Assembly: GCA_038880755.1 (NCBI GenBank)
Contig: JAVZRC010000001.1
Location: forward strand, 8,791 to 72,790
Reading direction: 5' to 3'
DNA length: 64,000 bases
Source of the DNA: Candidatus Micrarchaeia archaeon
GTDB taxonomy: Archaea > Micrarchaeota > Micrarchaeia > CABMEP01
The position numbers were made by a program, and so were the translations under genes. Of the stretch, positions 37,251-47,293 are shown one piece after another; positions within the stretch are counted from its first letter, which is position 1, and each line of letters starts with the position of its first letter. Below the pieces are notes generated by a model that did not search any database, had not been told where the DNA came from, and worked only from the letters and a program-made list of their open reading frames with translations.

Positions 37251-40200
37251 ATGAATAAATCTGAAATGAAGAAAGAAAGTAAAATCAAGTCTTCATCTTT
37301 TTCAAATATGATGGTTTTTCTGATCATCTTTTCTTTGATATTTATTCTTGTCTCTGGTTGTATTGAATTAAAGCCAAGAGAAGGGATAAGTACTACAGTT
37401 CCAATTACGGTAACGAAAGGAAGCGATGTATGTGCCGGTTATAATGAATCCACATGCGGCGCTTTCTTGAAGGAAAAGAGAACTGCAATTTCTGATTATA
37501 TTTGTAAAGGACCAATCGGCCCTTCTTATTCAAAGGTGGACGAAGTAACTTATTCTCTTTCAGCTGAAAAAGGTTGGAGTTGTGAGGAAACAAAAACATA
37601 TCTAGTTTTAGCAGGAAATAACTATACAATGTCAGGTTCAGGCCATATGGGGAATCCACATGGTGGTAGCATAACATTACAAGATTCAAGAAATGTAGTA
37701 TCACCAATATCTTATGGAATGAATAATCTAACTTTGAAATGTGATGTAGGCGTATTTGTTAGTGTTTCAAAAGGTAAATATCAGGGGGGTTCATTTACCT
37801 TGAGATTTGATGGTTCATCTGACATCTTATCTCCAGGAGACCGTTTTGACGGACAATACTCATTTTTCGTACTACCATTAACTTTAACTCCAGAAAATAA
37901 CAAATTAATTGGTAATCTTAGTTTTTCAGGTACGTGGGTAGTTACCGGAAAAGAATACGGTAGTTGGCCAAACAAAAAACACAAATCAAGCATGGATGTT
38001 TCTTACTCTATTTCTTGTACTCCCTTTGCAAGCTACAATGTTAATTGGAGATGTAAAAATGCATATACCTCAGAATCATATGATTTTGTAAATTGCAGCT
38101 ATGATGAATTTTCTACATTCCAGGGTGGAAGGACATTCCTTGATAACAATACTCCATTCAGCAAGCTTAGCAACTATATTCAATCATATTATGGAACTTA
38201 CTCGTACAATCCAATTACTGAAGAAACAAAGCCAGCTGGAAAAATTCAAGTTCCATTCTTTATGTTAGGCCAAGGTCCATCCTTCCAGGATTATGAAGAG
38301 GCAAAGAAACTATGTGTACCATGGAAAGAAACCGTAGTGAACATCTCACTTGGAAATACGACATTTGATCCTCCATTTATGACAATCCTCTCAGGTTTAG
38401 AGCTCTGTATCGATAATAAAGACAATAAGAGACATGATATAACGATAATCAATCTTCAGGATCAAAGTATAGTAAGACAATACATTCTTCAGCCAACGCA
38501 ATCTGCATGTTATATACCATACGAAGGCTTTTATCACATAAAAGATTCAAATGGAGACTATGCTTATTTATCAGTACTAAGCGCAAAAGATACTACTCAG
38601 ATTTATATAGGAAATAACATAGTTCCGAATTATACAGTGGTTAATGCAGATGGATTTGTTAATTTTAGCCTAATTGAAAGAAAAGAGCATAACTTGAGTA
38701 TGACAAGTGTGAATAGATTTGATGATTATAGCTATGATAATAATTTTACTCTCAATCTTTCAAATCCGGTTGAAACAATAAGAGCGCCACAAACAGGAGA
38801 GTATAGGATTAATGATATCACAACAGATAAAACTGGTTATTTATTCGTTCAGTCTCCGCTTCAGAGATTCTTGTTTAAGAGAGATGGAACAATTGATCCA
38901 GGATATGAAATATACAGACCGCTTGGAGATTTGATTTGTTTTAGAAGCGAAACTGAAGGTTTAAGCATTTCAATTTCAAGATACACAGAAACTGAAAATG
39001 GATATGAATGGATATGGCTGACTAATGAAACATTGTCTACAAATTCATATTGCTGTATTCAAGGTGCGTTACCTGGCAAGTATCAAGGAATTACCTCAGA
39101 TGGAAGAGTTGCAAATTGGACGATAGGAAATGGAAAGCCTTCCGCAACAGTTTCTATTCAGCCGATTGGTTTTGAACCTGAAGAAGTAGAAAGTCCGCCA
39201 GGAACAAAGATATGTTGGATTAATCCATCAGCAATCTCAAGAAATGTTATAACAAAATCATCATCAGGAAAGACATTCTTCTCAGGCCAAATTCCACCAT
39301 TCTCAGATAATGTTTGTTGGCCAACTATGAACAAGACAGATTCATATGTAACTACATTTGTACCTAATTTAGATGTGAGGAACATTGTGAATATTAAAGA
39401 GGTTGATTCAAGAAACATCCAAATACTCTCAGGTGGCGCAGGCTTTGATACTATCTCATTAGTTGTAAAGCCTGGCTCTCAAATATGTTGGATTAATAAT
39501 GATAATAAGAATCATACATTAAAAGATGAGAGTGGAAACTACATACTCTTAGCTCCATCGCAAACAAACTGTATAGATAAGTCTACTATGCAGGAAGGAA
39601 ATATTTATACGCGCCAGCTGGATGGAAAGGAGATTTATTCAGATGTTGGAGTTATAGATGGTAAAGGTGCAATCCTGTCTTCAAGAGGTCCTATTCCATT
39701 TTCACTATTTGTAAATCCACCAAATGTTAATATGACTCAATCAGGAGAATTGTATATCACCTCTCCTTCGTATTTCAAGATTATAAATAAACAGAGTGTT
39801 CCATCTGAGTTGTATGAGATTTCCTATATTACTTTATTAGCTAATTCAACTGGATTGGCAGATATAGTGAAAACCGAAAGTGAAACTATTATAATTAATT
39901 CTCCGGTTAAGAGCTATACAAAGCTATTGCTTTATGTGGAAAATACTGATGATAAAAACCACACTATAAGAGTGGAATCAAACGGAGATGAAATCAATAT
40001 TCTACCTAATTCATTTTATTTATTTGAAATTAGTCAAAGTACAGTATTAACTGATTTAACTGTTAAAGAAAATTTGACTAGAAGTGGAACTACAAATCAA
40101 ACTATAATAGATGCATTGTCACAGATCCCAATAAAGATATTGGGTCCTCCAGAGATAAAATTAAGTAAATCAGGTTCTAATGGAGATTCATTAACATTGT

Positions 40201-43200
40201 CTGCTCCTATTGAACCTTATACTTCAATACTTTATGAAAATAATACAAACAAGACAATTGTAATCACTTTTGCAGATACAAAGGAATTCATACTAGAGAA
40301 CCCATTGAACAATCAAACATTAGACCTTCCAACTCAGGTTATTCATGGAGATTTATCCTCTCAAATTCTTTATGATATGAGAAAGTATGCGGATGAGGGA
40401 GCAATGTCATTGCTTATTCCTTCATTCCATAATGTAACAGTAAAGATACATTCCTCTGTTTTCTCTCCATCTGAAGCATTAATACCTGCAGGAAGCACAA
40501 TTACATTTACTAATAAGGATGTAATAGACCATACAATTGATTTAATTAAAAATGAAAGCGATATCATCTCTTCAAGATCGTTTACCCTTCTACCATTACA
40601 ATCAAATTCAACTTCAGATACACCAAAGAATACAACATTCACGTTCTATGATCAGCTTTCCAATATGAAAGGAAACATTACAACAGTTGCTTATGATGCA
40701 AATATTGGAATAATATCAACACCGATTTATCCAGAATCTGGAATGGTTGCAGTTGGTGGACCTGTTAAATTCAATAACTATGATCCTGATTCAGATTATA
40801 AGATTGAGATTAAACTTACAGATGAACTAAACGCTGATTACACATATATCTTAAATCTTCCTAAATATACAAATGGGATTCCAGGAGTTGCAACATGGAT
40901 TCCAGATAAGGCTGGAAATGCCACTTATATAGTTAGAAATAATACAATTGTTGTTGGCACTGGTGAAATAGTTGTCAAGAATTCAATAATTAATATTTCT
41001 ATTAGAAATGGGGAGTTTGAAACAAAATCAATTGCGGTTGATCATGATAGCAAGGTGTGCTTTAATCCAGACTCACCAAGAAACATCTCAATTACTAATT
41101 TAGATACCGGTGAAAAGATAGCTGAAAGAACTATCTATCCATTAGGTGTTCAAGCAACAGATTCAGGTAGTGTTTGTAAAAGAATTTATAACTGTTCTGT
41201 AAAGCAACAGACTGGAGATTATGGATGCATAGGAATAGTGAATGAATCAGATCCTTCTACATATTGTTCTTATTATTTAATTAATCCATCAATAGCATGT
41301 AAATTAGATAATAATATTTCATGTGTTGTTAAAGACCAGTATTCAAATGATTTAGAGTGTACAACTGACTATTCAAAAGATACGCAACCCGCAGTGCCAG
41401 GCATTCAACCACAGTGTTTATTCCAAGCAAGATTAGATGGTGGTGCATGCAACGGTGGTTCAGTAATAAAGAATTCTTCCTTAGCTTCAATAATTAATTG
41501 CTCAGTTTCAACTACAGGTCTTCTCCAGTTTAACTATTTTTCAGGTAAGGAAAAGACAGATGTATCAAATTTATTATGTAACGTCCAAAAATCAGGTAAT
41601 ATTATAACATGTAGCCCAACAGGTTTATATCCAGATATAGGTTGTATTAATAATTCAATCAATGATCTATATTGCTATTATACACCTTCACCATTAACAT
41701 CCGCAGAAAAGTCTAATCCGTATACATTAACTGATAATCGTTTCTGTGCAGTAACAACTGCTCAAAGAACTGAAAGATATTATACAACATATGCATGTGA
41801 TATAGGGTACGATGGTAAGTGTACATGTCCAACTAATAAAATGTGTGGTGCCTTGCCATGTGATGGAAGCAATGTTCTTGCAAGTATGTATTATGATCGT
41901 TATCAAAGCAGTTCTATGTTTGGAAGGAAAAGTTATAATTGTTCGAATGGAAAGTTAGTTAATGTTCTCTTGAAAGAAGGGACATATACATTTAATTTCT
42001 CAGGATTAGATAATCCATATTTTTCAATATATCTTAAACCTAATTTTGGATTTAAGGCATGCAAATGCTATGCTGCCAACCAAAGGACAGTCACATACGC
42101 TAATTCGTGTAGTGTTAAAACTGGGGGAAGTTCAATCACTCCATTTCCAAGCAATTGTACTTTACAGTCTGAGAAATGTGTGTTCTCTTCTCCATCAGTA
42201 TTTTTATGCAGCAATGAAGAAAACTGTCCATGTAAATTCGGATGCGGAAAGAAGATCAACTATTCAACACTAGGAAACATAAATTGTGTTTCAACCCCAG
42301 GGGGTTGTAATGTAATATCAAATTATAATGCTGATAATGGTGATTACTGTAAATATGCGTATGCTCAAACATGCACACCTAAACAAGGATATGAAGATAA
42401 AGTATCATGCAAACTTGATGGAATATCATGTTTGATATCAGAAGGAAAGAAAATAAAAGACGACGGTTCGTATTGCAGTTTGAATTTATTTTCATGTGAA
42501 CCAGCTTACTCGGGCGTTGATTGCAGTTTTGATGCATCAACACAATCATGTAAGGTTGGTTCTATCGAGCAATTCTGTTTCACACCAGCTTCAACTTATG
42601 TTGTTGAGGATGTAGATACTGGAAATATTATGATAGTTGAAGGTTATGACAGATATACGCCATTAGAGATAGATATTCAAAAATCTGTGTTCACTCCTTC
42701 CTTTGTTGCATCATCTCCACTGAGCGAAGTATGTTTCCAAAGCCTCGATGGAAAAATGCACAGAGTTTCAGTTCCAGAGGCAGTAAAGAGTGATGGTTTT
42801 ATTGATGTTTATTCAGATAGGCAAACATGTCTTAATTTCCCATACAATACAGAGCCATGGACTGTAAGGTTGCAGGACAAGCCAGATGTTGCAGCAGGCA
42901 TTAAATCAATAAAGCAGGATATTGAAGTAGTTGTCAAGTCACAGATGTTTGATCCTTCTGATCTGGTTCTCAGACCTAATACATCTATTACATTTATTAA
43001 TACAGATGCAGAATCACATCAACTTAACAAAGCAATACCATCTACAAATTTTGTTAAACTTATTTTACAAAATAGCATTTTAACAAGCGATTCATTCTTT
43101 TACAATATATTAAAAACAGAGTGGATAGATACAATCGAATGTAAGAATGATTCAGACTGTCCAGAAGGTTCATTCTGCGATGTAGAAAAAAGATGCCACG

Positions 43201-45626
43201 CTATTAAATTCTGCATACGAGATGATGAGTGTCCATCTCCATCAATTTGCCATAACTATAAATGTATTCTTACAAAACAGTGTCAAACTGATTTAGAATG
43301 TGGAGTTAATAGTAAATGTATTGATGATGGAACTGGAATCAAGAAATGTATTGCATTAGATATTCAATGTTCAAATTCATTCGATTGCTACTCTTCAGAT
43401 CCAAATTCGATTTGTATTAACAACAAATGCACACGTTTAGTAAATTGTACTAATTCCTCAGATTGTCCATCTGGCTTTGTCTGTTCATCTCAGTCATGCA
43501 CCATGATTGAAAGTTGTACAAATAATAGCGAGTGCCCACTGAATTCAGTATGTCATCAAGGTAAATGTGCTACGCCAATAGTCAATAATTGTAGCTTAGA
43601 CAGTGATTGCCCGATTGGAATGTACTGTACTATTGTAGATGAAACAGAAGATGGCGAAAAAATAAGGGCATGTATTTCAAGCCCATGCATTTCAAATTCG
43701 GATTGCAGCGAAGAGAGCAATACAGCATGCATGACCAACTTCATTACCGATGAAAATAATTGTACGCTTTATAATCCATCTTATGCAGAACTGTTGTGTA
43801 CAAGCGATGTAGACTGTCTTGAGGGCGGTTGTCTCAATGGAAGATGTGTTATTTCAAAGAATTGTTCACGAGATTTTGATTGTGGCGTGATAAATGGTAT
43901 TCAATCAGTATGTGAATCTTCTGTTTGTAAGATCCCAGTTAAATGTTCTGTTTTAGCAGATTGTAGATCTGGAGAAATATGTCAGGATGGATTCTGCAGA
44001 ATACTCCGTGATAAGATTTGCACTACAGATTCAGAATGTAATGCTGATGAAATTTGTCAAGAAATGAAGTGTATAAAGAAGCAGAATTGTTCTTCCACTA
44101 TCAGTTGTAATTCACTGCAAAGCGGTGCAGCATGCACAAATGCTTCTTCATCTTACCCTGCATTCTGTCAATCATCTACAAATTGTACAAGCGATGCATA
44201 CTGCGGATCGAACCAGTATTGTGATTTAGGAATCAAGCAGTGTATTACCTATCCAAAGACAACTTGTGATTCGCCACTATATGGATCAGATGTTAGTCAG
44301 GTTAATGTTTCATTCAAGCTTCCGTCATCTACCTATAAAGCATATTTGATTTATTCTTTCAATGATAATGGGAATATATTCTTAAATGGACAAACTTTAT
44401 TACCAACAACTAAATTTAGATGCCAGTATTCGACTGGGTCTGGTGTTAATTATATTGATAACTATTCTCAAACTCAGCAATGGAAGATACCTTTAGGTTT
44501 GCTTAAGTTAGGGAATGAAGAAAATAATATGTCAATTACAACATGCAGTTGTTCTGGTCAAAAAGGATTCAACATTTCAATACTTTATTATTATGTTTCT
44601 CCAGAAGGAATCAAACAAGAGTCAATTATAATAGATCCAAATTCAAAAATTCAGATCTTTTCACCTCAACAATCTGAAGAACTAATATATATTGATAACA
44701 AGACAAAGAACGTGCTTCCAATCTCTGTGAAGTCCATAATAAATTCAACAGGAGGTATAGACTGTTCAGCAGACCTCTCTTCAATGGCTCTGGCAGTTGC
44801 AAGCTATGAGAGATTAGATTATGCAACTCAGGCTTGTGACTCAGGAAAGCAGATTGAATGTGCTTCATATAATCCATATGGTCCCGCTACGGTTACATTC
44901 TTTGCCTCAGAATCTGGATTGAATCTTTCAAATGAATCTGAAAGACTGTGTGCATTCCAGCAGCTTGCATCTGTCAAGAATATATGTCCAAATTGTACAA
45001 CTGTTCTAAATGTCGGGGATGTAAATATCACACAGCTCAAGGATATTTTAAATTCAGCAAATTCAACCCAAATACTTGGCAAAAATGCAATTGAATTTGT
45101 AGATGTAATAGGTTATGACGAATTCCTTAACAATTATCCATCCTGTAGCTTCGAGGACATAATGAATTCAATAGTAAACAAATCAAAACTTGGTTTATAC
45201 AATTACACAAAACCATCAATAATAATGAGGTTTGGATTAAAGGATGGTGCATCTAATACAAATTCAGCATGCAACTGGACAGATGAATCTATTGTAACAG
45301 CATATCAAGATTTCTATGGAATATGGATTCCAATTCTTGCAGGTTCAGGCGTGCTTGGAACAGCCCAATACTGCTTGACAGACCCATGCCCGTCATTTGA
45401 TTTCTATGGTCTTCTTACCTCAGGAAAGACAAACAAGCCATGGACAGATGTATGGTTCAGGGAAGGATGCGGAAGATATTATTACGCAGCTGAAGGGTTA
45501 TCATTTACAACATTCTCAATGAAGGAAACAAACTATTCAATGTGCGATCCATCAAAGATGCTTGCCCTGCTTCAGACTGCTCAATGTGCAGTAGGCAAAT
45601 ATACATTAAAATCAGGAGCAAGTTAA
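37251..45626 (+). CDS. Giant (2791-aa) surface lipoprotein with cupredoxin-like repeats, Cys-rich repeats and a possible glycoside-hydrolase-like C-terminal domain
   Basis: Lipobox-like LVSGC; at least 8 F.P....V..G..I.W/F.N.D...H units; tandem C..DSDCP.G..C....C units; many sequons. Confidence 0.85.
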   Translation: MNKSEMKKESKIKSSSFSNMMVFLIIFSLIFILVSGCIELKPREGISTTVPITVTKGSDVCAGYNESTCGAFLKEKRTAISDYICKGPIGPSYSKVDEVTYSLSAEKGWSCEETKTYLVLAGNNYTMSGSGHMGNPHGGSITLQDSRNVVSPISYGMNNLTLKCDVGVFVSVSKGKYQGGSFTLRFDGSSDILSPGDRFDGQYSFFVLPLTLTPENNKLIGNLSFSGTWVVTGKEYGSWPNKKHKSSMDVSYSISCTPFASYNVNWRCKNAYTSESYDFVNCSYDEFSTFQGGRTFLDNNTPFSKLSNYIQSYYGTYSYNPITEETKPAGKIQVPFFMLGQGPSFQDYEEAKKLCVPWKETVVNISLGNTTFDPPFMTILSGLELCIDNKDNKRHDITIINLQDQSIVRQYILQPTQSACYIPYEGFYHIKDSNGDYAYLSVLSAKDTTQIYIGNNIVPNYTVVNADGFVNFSLIERKEHNLSMTSVNRFDDYSYDNNFTLNLSNPVETIRAPQTGEYRINDITTDKTGYLFVQSPLQRFLFKRDGTIDPGYEIYRPLGDLICFRSETEGLSISISRYTETENGYEWIWLTNETLSTNSYCCIQGALPGKYQGITSDGRVANWTIGNGKPSATVSIQPIGFEPEEVESPPGTKICWINPSAISRNVITKSSSGKTFFSGQIPPFSDNVCWPTMNKTDSYVTTFVPNLDVRNIVNIKEVDSRNIQILSGGAGFDTISLVVKPGSQICWINNDNKNHTLKDESGNYILLAPSQTNCIDKSTMQEGNIYTRQLDGKEIYSDVGVIDGKGAILSSRGPIPFSLFVNPPNVNMTQSGELYITSPSYFKIINKQSVPSELYEISYITLLANSTGLADIVKTESETIIINSPVKSYTKLLLYVENTDDKNHTIRVESNGDEINILPNSFYLFEISQSTVLTDLTVKENLTRSGTTNQTIIDALSQIPIKILGPPEIKLSKSGSNGDSLTLSAPIEPYTSILYENNTNKTIVITFADTKEFILENPLNNQTLDLPTQVIHGDLSSQILYDMRKYADEGAMSLLIPSFHNVTVKIHSSVFSPSEALIPAGSTITFTNKDVIDHTIDLIKNESDIISSRSFTLLPLQSNSTSDTPKNTTFTFYDQLSNMKGNITTVAYDANIGIISTPIYPESGMVAVGGPVKFNNYDPDSDYKIEIKLTDELNADYTYILNLPKYTNGIPGVATWIPDKAGNATYIVRNNTIVVGTGEIVVKNSIINISIRNGEFETKSIAVDHDSKVCFNPDSPRNISITNLDTGEKIAERTIYPLGVQATDSGSVCKRIYNCSVKQQTGDYGCIGIVNESDPSTYCSYYLINPSIACKLDNNISCVVKDQYSNDLECTTDYSKDTQPAVPGIQPQCLFQARLDGGACNGGSVIKNSSLASIINCSVSTTGLLQFNYFSGKEKTDVSNLLCNVQKSGNIITCSPTGLYPDIGCINNSINDLYCYYTPSPLTSAEKSNPYTLTDNRFCAVTTAQRTERYYTTYACDIGYDGKCTCPTNKMCGALPCDGSNVLASMYYDRYQSSSMFGRKSYNCSNGKLVNVLLKEGTYTFNFSGLDNPYFSIYLKPNFGFKACKCYAANQRTVTYANSCSVKTGGSSITPFPSNCTLQSEKCVFSSPSVFLCSNEENCPCKFGCGKKINYSTLGNINCVSTPGGCNVISNYNADNGDYCKYAYAQTCTPKQGYEDKVSCKLDGISCLISEGKKIKDDGSYCSLNLFSCEPAYSGVDCSFDASTQSCKVGSIEQFCFTPASTYVVEDVDTGNIMIVEGYDRYTPLEIDIQKSVFTPSFVASSPLSEVCFQSLDGKMHRVSVPEAVKSDGFIDVYSDRQTCLNFPYNTEPWTVRLQDKPDVAAGIKSIKQDIEVVVKSQMFDPSDLVLRPNTSITFINTDAESHQLNKAIPSTNFVKLILQNSILTSDSFFYNILKTEWIDTIECKNDSDCPEGSFCDVEKRCHAIKFCIRDDECPSPSICHNYKCILTKQCQTDLECGVNSKCIDDGTGIKKCIALDIQCSNSFDCYSSDPNSICINNKCTRLVNCTNSSDCPSGFVCSSQSCTMIESCTNNSECPLNSVCHQGKCATPIVNNCSLDSDCPIGMYCTIVDETEDGEKIRACISSPCISNSDCSEESNTACMTNFITDENNCTLYNPSYAELLCTSDVDCLEGGCLNGRCVISKNCSRDFDCGVINGIQSVCESSVCKIPVKCSVLADCRSGEICQDGFCRILRDKICTTDSECNADEICQEMKCIKKQNCSSTISCNSLQSGAACTNASSSYPAFCQSSTNCTSDAYCGSNQYCDLGIKQCITYPKTTCDSPLYGSDVSQVNVSFKLPSSTYKAYLIYSFNDNGNIFLNGQTLLPTTKFRCQYSTGSGVNYIDNYSQTQQWKIPLGLLKLGNEENNMSITTCSCSGQKGFNISILYYYVSPEGIKQESIIIDPNSKIQIFSPQQSEELIYIDNKTKNVLPISVKSIINSTGGIDCSADLSSMALAVASYERLDYATQACDSGKQIECASYNPYGPATVTFFASESGLNLSNESERLCAFQQLASVKNICPNCTTVLNVGDVNITQLKDILNSANSTQILGKNAIEFVDVIGYDEFLNNYPSCSFEDIMNSIVNKSKLGLYNYTKPSIIMRFGLKDGASNTNSACNWTDESIVTAYQDFYGIWIPILAGSGVLGTAQYCLTDPCPSFDFYGLLTSGKTNKPWTDVWFREGCGRYYYAAEGLSFTTFSMKETNYSMCDPSKMLALLQTAQCAVGKYTLKSGAS

Positions 45627-45670
45627 AGAATAGCATCCATATAATAGTATTCTTGTAACTCCTATACTTA

Positions 45671-47053
45671 TTATTGTTTTCTTATCTGATAAATTCTGAA
45701 TCTAGAATTATTGGAACTTTTTATTTCTTTTATCTCATAGCCAGATAAGCTTCCAAATTGGTTTGGGTAAAGAACCTTAAAGATATTCTTGTTGGAATCA
45801 GACATAGGATGTATGTATCTGAAGTAAGAAGAGTCTGAAGAATTCAGGATAAGAAGCTTGAAGTATGAATCTTCAGCTCCGTTTATAATTATCCTGTTAC
45901 TTAGAATGTTACCTGCAGAGTCTGTTGGTATTAAAAGATAATCGTGTTTGTAAGTCAAATAGGTTTGATAATATGTATCTCCTTGCTTTTGGATTCCAGC
46001 AAATGCAAAGGTTTCAAAAGTAACTGTAGCATTAACTAGTTTTGCATATTCCTTTGGAGAATCAAGTATAAACGTGTCTATTATAAGATAATCAAAGCTT
46101 GGTGTTCTGTTTGTGAACAAGAAAAGAAACGCCTCATTAGTTAAGACGTTCTTTCCAGTTTCAACTGCGGATATTTTACTTATATTATCTCCATACACTG
46201 AAGCAAACGCAATTCTTCCATCCATGCCATTTATCCATGACAATGTATTAACAGTATCTAGATCAACAGTTTGTCTGTTCAACATGCTTGCAATTGCATA
46301 TTCTATTGAGACCATTATGAGTGTCACGGTCAATAAATAAAGTAAGGTATGCTTATTCTCAAACGCAAGCATTACAACTGCTATCACAAGACCTATCAAA
46401 ACAGATAAGCCAATCGCACCCACTCCTGAACCAAGTATTATCAAAGATATATCTGCAGCAATCACACCACCAGCTATGGTGCTTAATATTCCTCTGTCTT
46501 TTATTTTATTTATTCTGCTGAATCCATCCGCATTAAGTATAAATAAAACAGGAAGCGAGATAAGTGGCATGAAGAACGATGCAACTAATGCTATAATTCC
46601 AGTAAATACATATTTCATTTTTTTATTTGAATATAATACATAGATAGAAAGCAGAGACAAAGGAAGCAATGGAAGTATTTGATATATCTTTTCAAATCCG
46701 AATGAAGGTGTTGCAATCCCTCCAAGTAGTAGGAAAGTTAAATCTGATATTCCAAATGAGAAATTGTTTATGAATGCATAGGAAGAAACCATTAGCAATG
46801 AAGATATGAAAACCGGAAGTTCGGATTGTTTGAAAACAACTCTTGATACAATATATATAATAAATGCAAAAGCAATACCTATGAAAAGAGAGAGATTAGA
46901 TACCTCCATCATCTTTTCCTTTCCCATGTTTAGACTTGAAGCTCGCTCATAGGTTAAAACACTGGGATTAGAAACCAACCCTAATAAGAAATAGGCATAT
47001 AATAATATTATAACGAGATTCAAAACATCTTTCTTTGTGAATATGTTCTGCAT
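45671..47053 (-). CDS. Polytopic membrane protein with soluble C-domain, possibly a degenerate AglB/STT3 relative
   Basis: About 9 TMs then L.WI...YG..I...FL...DYLIID pattern; no WWDYG. Confidence 0.6.
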   Translation of the reverse strand: MQNIFTKKDVLNLVIILLYAYFLLGLVSNPSVLTYERASSLNMGKEKMMEVSNLSLFIGIAFAFIIYIVSRVVFKQSELPVFISSLLMVSSYAFINNFSFGISDLTFLLLGGIATPSFGFEKIYQILPLLPLSLLSIYVLYSNKKMKYVFTGIIALVASFFMPLISLPVLFILNADGFSRINKIKDRGILSTIAGGVIAADISLIILGSGVGAIGLSVLIGLVIAVVMLAFENKHTLLYLLTVTLIMVSIEYAIASMLNRQTVDLDTVNTLSWINGMDGRIAFASVYGDNISKISAVETGKNVLTNEAFLFLFTNRTPSFDYLIIDTFILDSPKEYAKLVNATVTFETFAFAGIQKQGDTYYQTYLTYKHDYLLIPTDSAGNILSNRIIINGAEDSYFKLLILNSSDSSYFRYIHPMSDSNKNIFKVLYPNQFGSLSGYEIKEIKSSNNSRFRIYQIRKQ

Positions 47054-47094
47054 TCAATCATCATTGTTTTTTTCAATAGAATAAGAATGATAAA

Positions 47095-47209
47095 GTCAGC
47101 AGCAATGCATCTTCCCCTCCAACAGGAGAGTACCAATAACATCGTGAACCGGCTTAGCTTCCGAGTTCGGAATGGGATCGGGCGTTTCCCGGTTCCTATG
47201 GCCGCTGAC
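47095..47209 (-). rRNA. rrf: 5S rRNA (stand-alone)
   Basis: GCGGCCATAG...CCCGATCCCATTCCGAACTCGGAAGCTAAG core; terminal GTCAGC/GCTGAC helix. Confidence 0.93.
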
Positions 47210-47293
47210 AATATAATATAGTGTGTAATATATTTAAATGTTTCTGAAATATTATAGCTATAAAACAAGCTGTTTTTATTTGAAGGTGAGGTT

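Noticed and set aside
25930-47053. Integrated conjugative element or provirus
   Set aside because: No integrase, relaxase, ATPase, capsid gene or att repeats recognised
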